Below, piece after piece: positions 24,601 through 36,600 of a stretch of DNA of 64,000 bases. Each line of letters starts with the position of its first letter. Within the stretch, counting starts at the first letter, position 1. The notes under the pieces are model-generated. The model saw only the letters and a program-made list of their open reading frames with translations. It had not been told where the DNA came from and ran no database searches. The stretch lies in NCBI GenBank assembly GCA_043228905.1, contig JBHGNT010000015.1, positions 13,206,001 through 13,270,000 of the forward strand, written 5' to 3'. The stretch comes from Azolla caroliniana. Its lineage: Eukaryota; Plantae; Polypodiophyta. A program made the translations under genes and the position numbers.

Positions 24601-27600
24601 ATGAGCTTACATAAATGGAGCATATCTCAATCAGCAGCCTCTATTTCTTCTTGAAACATGTATTACATCCACAATAAATGGTTCTTTTGGCAGCAATGTA
24701 GTGTGTTATGCCTCATATGTTGAATGTATAAATCATAGTACATATCATTTTAATTCTTATAGAGTATTTTAGCTAAGTTCTGTGAATAAAGGAAGATTGT
24801 ACCCAGTATATATTTGAAAAACACATCCTTCGTCATGCATGTATGCATGAATTAAGTATATAAACTCCACGTTTGAAACAAGTTTAGTGTGTAATGTTCC
24901 ACTGTGAACTGCACAAATAGAAGGTATGGCATAACATGTGATGAATTAGGGGTAAATTGTGTAATGGACAGAAGTATTTGCCATATTTCTTGTTTGTCCA
25001 TATAACACTACATGAAGCCCTCACTCCCTATGTATACTTCAAGATGATACTGTACCTCTTCAATGAGGTATCCACACCATAACTTATGCAGGATGGGTCC
25101 TGGGTGTCATATGTGGAGGTCTTAGTAATGTTGTAAATCTTACAAAAATGAACTATGGTAGACTATAAATTTCAGTCACCTATGAAATTATAGAAGCAAA
25201 GAAAAGTTCACTCAATGCACAGTATCACAAGTGAATCAATATAATGGGGCAAAATCAAATCTCATTCATGCAAAAGAATTTTCCACAAAACTGCTCTAGT
25301 TATATTAGAAGATATGGGAAATTACAGTTTTTTAAGATTTATTTAGGCTGACCTTAAGCTGCCAAAGCCCACGCCTATAAGACCAGCCATTAATGCGCAT
25401 GGAGCCATTATTCTCAACTGAATAGGAATTGTCAACAAGAAACAGCTACATGAACCATATAATTTGTGGTGGACAAAATAAAAGGGCAAAGCAACTGATC
25501 AATGGAAAACTTAACTCCATTATACAATGCATCAACATTACCTGAATAATAGCTAGAGTCCTAGTGATAGAACCATTTTGTGAGTATTCCTTCAAAAGTC
25601 TGCATAAAATCAACCGCATAGCAAACCCAAAATGTAATCATGAGAGTGTAGCATACAGATTCTTTGCCTTTACTGGTGTGTTCATTGTAAAGATAAACAT
25701 GTCCTATATTCTTATCGTTTTCGTTCAAGAGAGCATAAATACCCTGGAGCTACAACATCAATGATATTGCTTGGGAAGATTGAAAGTACAAGAGTGATGG
25801 CACCAGTAACCTGAGTACAGTCGCATATTTCTTTATATAAATTTCAGAAGATATCTCATCCGAATAAAAAGACATATATGAAATAAGGGATAAGTTCTGA
25901 CCAAAGCAATAAATGTTGAAATCTTTCCCACTAAGACTTGCCCTCTCTTCCTTCCATATTTGCTAAAAACGAAAGAAATCAACATAAGAATTCAACATAA
26001 AACTATTTTACATTGCACTAAAACATTATACTACAATTTCCACTTTAATAATTAGCTATATGTCAATAACCATTTACCATGAGGAAATACAATAGAGATC
26101 ATACTTTTATACTCTACTACAATACACTCTATCATCATTCTCTACACATTTTCCAAGTCATGCAGGTTATGCTTCTTCATTATACATAAATAATTTTTTT
26201 CATTCTTCTCTCCTGTTCCTGTCCTGGAGGAGGCAAAGAAAAGGCAGCAGCCCCCCATCCCTTGCGGCTATACCCAAAGAAAGGGGACAAAAACAATTAT
26301 AGAACTAGGGAACGTGATAGAACTACCTACTAAACAGGAATCGACCCTTGCTTTGGAGACCTCTCCACTCTAGGTCGACCTATGCTAGTGATCTTTCGAA
26401 CACAAAAATTATAATATACCTGAATTGGAAATCTTGCATGTACTGATAACAAGATTCTTTAGTCTCATTTTATCTTATTTACTTTTTTTTCCTCAGTAAC
26501 ATTTATTTATTTTGATTTGTTCTCAAAGACGAGACAGCACTTATGATGTAATCAATTGTTTCATCTTACAGGCCATTTGGGCCTCTTAAAGGAGTTTAAT
26601 ATATCTTTCTTTCTTTCCCTGTATCTAACCACACACACATTTATGAGTATGCTGCTTTTTTGCACAAAAACATGACCTGTATTAACTGAACATAAAGCCA
26701 TCAAAATTGACATGTGGCCCTTCTGCGCAAGAGTAAACTTCCTGCACTCAAGCTTTTTCCAAGTTATCATTAAAGTGAACTTGTCACAAACATGAATCAA
26801 TACAAAAAGTGCAGATGGCCAATCATAAACTACTCTTCTGTGTCCCGGGATGGTTACATTATTCAAGTGGAGTAAATGGATACACACATGGCAAATGCCC
26901 TTCACACAGAGATGAGGCAGGTCCAGACATCCTCTTATCACCTGTGGATAGAGACTGGACAATATAGATTTAGAGGATTGCATCGACCAGTCTCACAAGT
27001 AAGAGCTTAAATCTGAGAACCCTTATGTAAGTCATTAGCCAATGTATAATCCCAACATCCTCCTACTTAAAAGGAGCTAGGTTACTCCACTAGATAACTC
27101 CCACTCGCTCAAGGCAGTGTTTTAAACAATCTGCTAGATTCTCAATAGTATCAACCTTTACTAGCATTACTCCATCCTCTATCACCTCTCTAATAAAGCG
27201 ATAGAGAATATCGATATGTTTAGTCCTTGCGTGGTAAACAGGGTTCTTTGCCAAACATATGGCATTTTGGTTATCACAATACAATGTCAGACTTGAATTA
27301 GCTTTGGGAGGCAAAACTCACTACACAAAAAACTAACCAAATAGCCTCCTTAGAAGCATCTGCAACTGAGATATACTCAGCTTCTATAGTAGAGTGCAAA
27401 AAATTGTTGCCACGTGAAGACCACAAAAATAGCTCCCCCTTTGACAGTATAGATGTAACTGTAAGTAGACTTTCTTGCGTCTAGATCTTGAGCATATCAG
27501 AATCACAATAGCCGTGAAGTATCATGCCCCTTTTTCCATAAAAAATGCATTTTTCCTTAGTGCCTTTGATATATATAAGGATAAACTTGATAATAGACCA

Positions 27601-30600
27601 ATGGTTTTGTCTAGGTTGACTCAAATCTACTAACTACTCCTACATATGCAATAGCAGGTCATGTTGATACCATTGTATACTGCAATGATCCACACTTCTC
27701 TTGAGACACAAATTGTAACTTCTTTTGTCTGTCCCGTTTGATTCTTATCCCAAGAGCGTGCTCAGATTTATCAAGACCTTTCATGGAAAATGCAGATTTG
27801 AGTTTACATTTTAATTCCTGCAATGAGCATGTCATCAACATACAAAACCAAAATAATAGGATTTTCATTAGTTTCCTTTTCTATATAGGTGACGCCATAT
27901 GAGAGTATAGAGACCAATTGCTTATAGCGTAGGTGTGGGGTATCGAAGTTTGCAAACTAGATGCGCTTTCCTAGAATTGTGAACCCTTCAAGCTGCAACA
28001 TATAAAGCTCCCCATCGAGGCTTCCATGAAGGAAAAGCATCTTTACATTCATTTGATATAGCTCCAAATCCAAAAACGCTGAAATAGCAAAAAGTTTCTA
28101 AGTGTAGTCATTTTCACTACTAGAGCAAAAACCTCCTAAAAATTGATTCTTGTATTTGTTTGTACTCTTTGGCTTCAAGACAAACCTTATACTTGGGTTT
28201 ACACAAATGGGCTCCAAATCAGGACATAACAAAGGGGTTACAATTGATCAGGCAATGGTAATTTGCCATGCACGTAGGCCCCGGCCCCATGGACCACGAC
28301 CTCGGCACCCTTGTCATCAACACATAAAAGCCATTATCTCCCACCATCGTAGGTGCTCCCCTTGCTTCAAAGACATTTCCATTCTGGGTCGACCTATGCT
28401 AGAGATCTTTCAAAGACAAAAGCTACAATATACCTAACTTGAGAATCTCACATGTGCCAAAAACCAGATTCCCTCATTTCCTTTCTTTTCATCTTATTTA
28501 CTTTTATATTTACTGTGTAATATTTATTTTATTTTGATTTGTTCTCAAAGACGAGACAACACTTCAGATGTAATCTCTTGTTTGGTTTTATAGGCCATTT
28601 TGGACTCTTAAAAGACGTTAATATATCTTTCTTCTTTCTTTCTTTCTTTCTGCTTTGTTGTCTATTTTTTTCTGGCAATAAAACTGCTTTGAAAATCTCT
28701 ACTTGTTAATCACCCAAAGAGGTTATTTTTGAGTCAATGGTTGGCTGTTGCTGAATTTTCACCCTTTTTTATTTTGTTGAGGTACAATTGCATTTAGGCA
28801 GCTTTGCTTCATTGAATATAACATCAAAACTTCTAATTAGCTTTCGGAGTTGCAATAACCAAATTCTATAACCCATCTCATCTTTTGCACCGTATCTGTT
28901 GAGAATGTTTAAAAGTTATAACGGCTAGCCCAACGGCCATATCTTGGCCTTTATAAAGAGGAACTTTCTCCTCATGTAAAAATAAGCGATCTCTGTATTT
29001 TCTCCCTCCAGTTGTGACATACCAATGTATATTACTGAATAGATGTGCCTTCTCATTTTTCTTTATGGTATCAGAGCATAGATCCGCCCCTCTGTAAAAC
29101 CCTAGATCAACCCTTCTGCTGGTATGACAGCGATTGGAATGGCACTGTCCTAGCATCCAAGAGAGGAAAGGGGGATTTTTTTTCCATTTGGGATGACATT
29201 GCTATGTGATTGAGAGGTGACTTGAGAAAAGAAGTCAAAAGAGGAGTGCAGAGATAGGCCAAGTTGAGAAGATGGATGAGGTGTTCTTAAAATTGAACGA
29301 GGATGAGGTGAAAACACAACCATGAAGCAGGCTGAGATTGTGGCATCTGGAGGTGTGACATGAACACAACCACCTCCCCAACTTGAATTCCTCCCAGTTG
29401 AGTTCAAACTCGATGGACCTGCCACATACTTGAGCTGGTCGCGTCGGATTATAGGTGCCTTGGCAAGGAGAAGCCTTGACGTCTACCTAACAGGAGAAGA
29501 GAAAGAACCTCTTGTCATTACGAGCAATGAATGGAAAGCATGGAGAGCTACCCACATGTCTTTGTACACGTGGCTTCTCAACTCCATGATTCCATCAATC
29601 GCCACAACAGTTGATGGAATTTTAAGTGTGAAGGAGATATGGGAGAAATTGCAAAAGACGTATGCTGGGAGGGGAAACAACATGAGAGTATTTCAAATCA
29701 AGCAAGAGATAGATGTTGTTTGGCAGGGAGATAGGATGATTCAGGAATATGCCATAGAGCTGGAGCGTCTATGGGCAGAATACGATCATTTCTCGTCTGT
29801 GACAGTGTGCAATAATCCTCAACGTAAGAGCAAGGAAATTTCTGCTCAAAGAAGAACCGTGCAATTTTTGAAACATCTCAACCCGTCGTTTGATCAAAGA
29901 AGGGCAGTTCTTCTAGCCAAGGCTGAAATTCCCACACTTGATGAGGCAATTGCGACTATGATACAAGAGGAGAGTAGAATGAAGCTGCTCTCTGACACTA
30001 CCGGACTTCCAAGGGTACGATCAGCACTAATGGTGTCAAATTCAAGCGGAAGTGAAAATCGAAAATGCTACAATTGTGGTGAAGCTGGTCATTTAAAGAA
30101 TGCTTGCCCTAAACCATCGAAGGAGAGAGAATATGGAGGATGTGGACAAACTAGAGGTCGTGGTCGAGGGGGCCGAAGACGTGCAAGAGGAGGTCACCAA
30201 GCAAACTTGATGGTAACAAAAGAAGAGGAAGGAACTAAGGTGGTGTTCACCGAAGAGGATCAAGCTCTCTTAGAAATACTTAGGAGGAAGCAAAGAGCCA
30301 CAGATGATACTTCATTCATGTCAAGAGGTAACATTGCCACCTATGCTTATTCAGCCACAAGTACTAGCAACACAAATACTCTTGCCTCTACACCAGAATG
30401 GATAATTCATTCTGGTGCATCTAGGTATGTGACAAGTAATACTAGTGAATTCTCCTCATATACTGACTTATCAATGCCAGAAAGCATTCAAATTGCTGAC
30501 GGTACAACACAACCTGTAGTGGGTATAGGTATAGTAAAATGTACCGACTCTGTGACATTGTCTAATGTGTTGCATGTTCCTTCTTTCCCAGTAATCTTAT

Positions 30601-33600
30601 TATCCATAAGTTCTATCATACACCAACTAAATTGTGTTGTTTCTTTTGATATTCCCAAAGTGATATTCCAGGAGAAAGGGACAGGTCGGAGACTTGGGAC
30701 TAGCACATGGCATAGTGGACTATGGTATTTGGATCGTGAAGGGCTGGATTCAGCATTAGCATCTATGGTAGAAGGAACAGATGTAAGGGGATCTAAAATG
30801 AGTTATGAGGAGTTGTTGATACTTTACCACCAACGTATGGGACATACCTCTTATGGCGTTTTGAGTCGGGTGTATCCACACCTTTTTGAAAAGGCTGATA
30901 AAACAAAACTTGTTTGTGATGCATGTGAATTTGGTAAGCTTACTAAAAGCTCATATGCTAGTTCAGGTCATAGGAGTTCCCATGCATTTGATGTAATACA
31001 CTCCGATGTTTGGGGACCATGTTCCACAAGTTTTGTCTCTTTCATTGACTACTTCTCTCGTCTGACTTGGTTATATTTGATGAGGAAAAAGAATGAAGTA
31101 TTTGCTTGTTTTAAAGATTTTCATAGAGCAGTTCAAACTCAATATGGTGCAGTAGTAAAAGTGTTGAGGTCTGATAATGGAACAGTTAACATGACATTTA
31201 GGGCATACCTCTCAGATCAAGGAATACAACATCAAACTACATGCTATTGCTTCTGGACCTTTGCATTGATGCATTCTTTGTTGCAACTTTGCCTCTTGTT
31301 ATGTTGGTAGAACCAGAAGACTCCCCACTTGCTTTTTGCCAAATTTCTTCAGTAACTCCATCAAATGAAAGACTTGCACTACTTAAGAGTGTGGCTACAA
31401 GAGCCTCCCATGTTTTAAGAAACGTCATTAGTAAGAATATTACCTTCATTTTGTCATCAAAGATTTGCAGTCCCAAATCTTGAAGCTGATTGAGTAGACA
31501 ATTGAATGTTGAAATGTATTCAATTGTAGACTAGGCATCTTCAAGTTGTTCAACCATGAGCCTTCTAATCAAGTGAACTTGATTCACTACAATGGTTGAC
31601 TTGTACATTGACTTCAGTTTGCTTTATATCTCGTAACCACAAGTCAGCCCCTTAATATTTCCTAAAACTTCATCTCATACTGCCATGTAAGTATGGACAA
31701 CAGCCTTATGATCGAGTAGTTTCTAAGTAGCATCATCCATACTAACTGATTCTGATTTATTTTCCTCCAATGCTTCTGCACATCCTTTTAAGCAAAGGGT
31801 GCTTTCGAATCTGACCTTCCAAAGGTCAAATCGAATGGTCAAAACTTTTTGATGCTGTCATGTACATCTAAAAAATTTGCTTTTTTTTTTATAGTGACAA
31901 TGAGATCGATTGTTGATCTAACACCGATCACAGGCAGTGTCGGTCGCAAAAACAACCGTTACTTTCATTATTTAGTTGTCGAATTCTCCTTGTTCTAGCA
32001 TTTTTTTTTACTTTAATAGCGAATATCGATAGTAGTTATCAGATTAGGGTATTCTTCTTAAATTAATCGACTTAGTATCAAAATCCAACCGTAGTCACTA
32101 TTCGGGTCGATATAGGCATCTTGTGAGCAGAAATTTCCATAGCAGCTCTTGCTATCTCTTCTAACACTCCACCCAATTCATAGATTATTCGGCCTGGCTT
32201 GACTACGGATACCCAATACTCTGGAGATCCTTTGCCTAATCCCATGCATGTTTCAGCAGGTCTCATGGTGATTGGTTTGTGGGTGTTGTTCTTCCTAGAA
32301 CTCAAGAGACATAAGAGACATTGTTGAAGGACAATAATACAATCACAACTTTCTTTAGTCCAATCACTCCTCATGCCACAAGTTAATGAAGGGCTACACA
32401 AGTTGACTCCCGACCATGACAAATTGGACAATAGAAATTTTTCATGAAAGTAGTCCCCGGCCTCGTGGAGTACAATCTCACCACCTTTGTCATCAACAGA
32501 TAAACGCCATCATTTATTGTTGTTGTAGGTGCTTCCCTCGTTTTGGAGATCTCTACATTCTGGATCGACCTATGCTAAAGATCTTATGAGGATCAATATT
32601 AATCTATATGAGTTGATAATGTTATATGTATAGATAATAGGATCCTTTAGTCACATTTATTTTTATATACCTTTAGTTTTAGTTACGTTTATTTTGGTTT
32701 GTTGTTATCAAAGAAAAGACAATATTTTAAGATGTAGTTTGGCCTTACAAGCCATTTTTGCCTCTTAAAAGACATTAATATATCTTTCTTTCTATTTTCT
32801 AAAGGGAAATTCTAATCATCAGTTGACTCTCGACTACATTGCATTTCTCACATTCATAGTTGCAAGTATGATAGGTAGCAAGAGATGTGAAACAAGAAAC
32901 AAAAAGGACATGTTTCATCAGTTCCAAAACTAGGAAACAAATACATTTCTTTTCCAAAGCAAGTTAGGTGTGAATTAAGATTCAGCTAGTCCAAAATGGA
33001 TTCCAATTGTACTAAATGCAAGATAGAATATGCAAAAGGAGATAAGACAAATAGCTGTATGTAAAAGGACATACAATATATGAAAGGTATGCAAGATAAG
33101 ACAAGTAGCTCTATGTCTTTAAGGTAGTGGGCTGAGGACAAAGTCTAAACCCATAAAAAATAGAGAAAAATGGAATAGAGAGGCTAATTTCCTAGACAAG
33201 ATCTGACCATTCCCTAGAACTTTGAGAAATTCTTCAAGAAAAAATTAGCTCATTTCTAGGCAGTAAACTGCCATTTTCTGCACAGCTAACTCAGCTCTAG
33301 CTTTACCTCAAAAAAGACATAGTTGTAATTTGCAATGGACCATTTATACCTGCAATAAAAGTGAACCAGGCGATTTAAGTCAGAATATTGGCATGTGCAC
33401 TTGATAATTTAGCTGAGACTCTTTTCTTTGGTTAATACCACCAAATATCGCCATGAAAAATCCAGGTAGAACTGATGAATAGCTGCAAAAAAGACATTTG
33501 AAACGATGATATGAGAAGGAAATGAATTCATATTTATTTTAATTGAGATCCTATAAACAGATATTCATGGATATTAAACATTTAAGTAAAAAAAAATTGA

Positions 33601-36600
33601 AAAAGAAAGATGTTAAATAATTCCCTTGCTGTGACTAGCAACACTTAACTTAGCCCTTAAAGCTTCAATTTCACCTTTCTTAGGACTAGCTATCAACATA
33701 CCATCCACATTATAGGAAGCAAATGATGGAACTGCCATCTTGAGCCTTCTTGGAGTAAATTTGGTAGAAGAATGAATTGAATTATTGTAAGCAAACTCCA
33801 CAAAATGCAAATAGTCAACCTAATCATCCTGTTGATAGTTGATAAAAAGATGAGGATACTGTTGAAAGGTTTGCTTGGTATGTTGTCGTGAGGATTTTCG
33901 GCTATAGTGAGAAAACCAAGTGGGATGGATAAAATGGGGATGTGCAACATTGCACATGCACTTGGAAGATTTGTAAAAGAAACAAATGTAAAACAGGAAG
34001 GGTACATGTAAGGTGTTAAAAGTGCACTACGAAGATTCATAAAGTGTAAATGTGATGTGCACTTATGTGCACATGCACATGTAGACTAAAGGGAGAGTAC
34101 CTGAAGTACAGGTGTAGTGACTAGTGGGCATAGTGTGTGTGAGGAGAGGGAGTTAAAGCTCCATCAATCTCTCCTCCTAAGATAAAGGCCAAATATTCCC
34201 CCATTGAAAGAACGGGGGGTTGACCTCTTCTTTATGTAATGTGCCCCTCAAAAATGGCCCCTCACTCCCTTTTATAGTAGTAAGGGGTGAGGCACATTAC
34301 ATAAAGAAGAGGTCAACCCCCCCTTCCTTCAATGGGGGAATATTTGGCCTTTATCTTAGGAGGAGAGATTGATAGAGCCTTAACTCCCTCTCCTCACACA
34401 CACACTATGCCCACTACTCACTACACTCGTACTTCATGTACTCTCCCTTTAGTCTACATGTGCATGTGCACATAAGTGCACATCACATTTACACTTTATG
34501 AATCTTCGTAGTGCACTTTTAACACCTTACATTTACCCTTCCTTTTTTACATTTGTTTCTTTTACAAATCTTCCAAGTGCATGTGCAATGTTGCACATCT
34601 CCATTTTATCCATCCCACTAGGTTTTCTCACCATGGTCGAAAATCCTTATGACATCCAGCCCCACCAAACCGCACATCCACCGGTATGAGCCAAGAAAGG
34701 GAAAGAGGTGAGATTTTCGGCAATGGTGATTAACCAAGTTCCGTCGCTTCCTCGTTAGCCTTGCCCGACTTCGTCTTCCATTTCGAGCATGCCCATCCTT
34801 CCCATACGAACCAACATAGCCTCCCGATCCATCGTGTCCGCCACATGTTCCCGAACCATCGGCTCCATCCGATCCACCATATATGATGCTCACATCTTCC
34901 TCCCCGGCCGGTCGTAGCAGACCTCCCGAACGATGTCGCCGATCCGATCGCTCTTCCTTTGTCCGCCGCGTGTATTCTCCGATTAGACTCCCGACCACTC
35001 CGACCGCATGTCGGATACCATCCCTCACACACCTCGTATGTTCCTCCTTCGGCCCGATCGTCATCCCAAGCACCTAAGCATGCCGTCTCCCTCCGTTCCG
35101 TGCTTGCCTTCCATAGGCTTTACCCACGCATCGATGTTGACCTCCGAATATGCGCTCCTTCTTAGGTCCTCATGTGACCACATTACGCGTTCCTCATTTC
35201 ACCCTTGACCGTGGTGCTCTCTCACAGTAGGGTGCTTTCTTCCCGTACTTGCCTCTCAAAGGCTCGACCTGACCGCTATCATCGGTCACTCGTTGCGGCT
35301 CCTCCGGGTGCATGCTTGTTTCTTGGCCCTCGAGCGGCCGTAGTGCATGCTTCATTTTTCGCCCTTCACTCGTCGTAGTCCCGACCTCCGCATCGAACTC
35401 TCCCCCCTTCATTGTCGTCATTCCGCACAGGATGCATGCTTCGGCATCGTCATCCGCTTCGATCTCCAACTCCTCGCCGCCACCCGTCTTATGTTGGCAC
35501 TCGGGCGCAACCGTCATAGCCTCCGGCACCGGTGTCGAGGGACCTCATCTCCGTTCAGTTCAATCTTCCTCCTTCGCCTTGTCAACATCTTGGTCGCCCG
35601 CCTTGCCGCCGTCACCGTCCGTCTCTCCGGTCTCACGTGGGCCCTCGTGGCCAACTGCCAAAGTCTCAAGAACCGGTGTGAGGCAAGGTCCCGGCACCAC
35701 CGCTCGTCATGTCCGTAGCCACCTCCATCCGGACGTCATTGTCTGTGGCTACCCCGTCCCCGATCGCACAAGCCTCGATTACGCTTGCTTCCTCCCCGCT
35801 CGATGTTTCGAGCAACCGTGTCCCAAAACTTCCGCCCACTCTCGAAGTGGTGCTCCCTGCTCCGTAGTCTCCTGCCTTCTCCATGGCCGTCCCTTTTTTG
35901 CAAGACGAGAGGATCGCTCGCTCCGCACCCTCTCCCATGTCGCCGTCGTACGCTCTTTCGGCCTCCACATAGGCCCCATCCTCCGTGCGTAGGGAGGCAT
36001 CTTCCTCCGCGTCCTCCGATCCTCTCGGACCCAACTCCTTAATAAACCCCTCTTCGGCTTCGATCTTTGACTTCACGATCTCGTACGCCTCCCGTATCAA
36101 TGCTTCTTGGTCGAACTCCTCCGAACCATTACGCATTGAGCTCTCTTCCAGCGACAATGCATAGTCACTCACCACCCTCTCTTCTCCGCCGCTCGTAGGC
36201 CGTGTTGTGGCCGACCGCTTCTCATCGTGTTGCCGGCATACCCACTCCACTTCGGACCAATCATCGGTGAGGCTGTGTGCTCCATGATCATCTTCGAGCT
36301 CGAATAAAATGTCGATCCTTTCCTCCCGATGGACCGTCTTCAAAAATAGGAGGGCTTTGTCCGCCCCCACTGATCTCCGATCCCACTCCAAGAGTTGAGC
36401 AAAACGACGCTCGAACTCTTGGAATGCTTCCATCACGCTTCGATGGGCCTTCACCGACGCCACCCATGGATCGAACTCATCCTGACTTCTCCCCTCCAGT
36501 TTCTTGTACCCATATGCCTCCAATGAAGCTTCCATCCTCGTCCTCCATTTGTGCCCTTCACGTCGGGTTCACCAAATGTCGCGGAAATCCGCGCGTGCGT

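Larger units (their letters stand above)
27040..31870 (-). mobile_element. Old, fragmented copia (gag 31240-31870, integrase C-terminus about 28700-28890, RT/RNase H 27060-28150), interrupted by a LINE tail and another copia
   Basis: [26 protein letters not shown]; [15 protein letters not shown]; DLWKVRFE..gag; many stops. Confidence 0.7.

Noticed and set aside
32078-32431. 117-aa ORF as a functional nuclear rpl16
   Set aside because: Only the C-terminal half is L16; the N-terminal part is antisense LINE sequence
33380-33438. Apparent premature stop after GGIN in exon 4, suggesting a pseudogene
   Set aside because: The GT within that sequence is the donor site, and the real GINGP lies in exon 5
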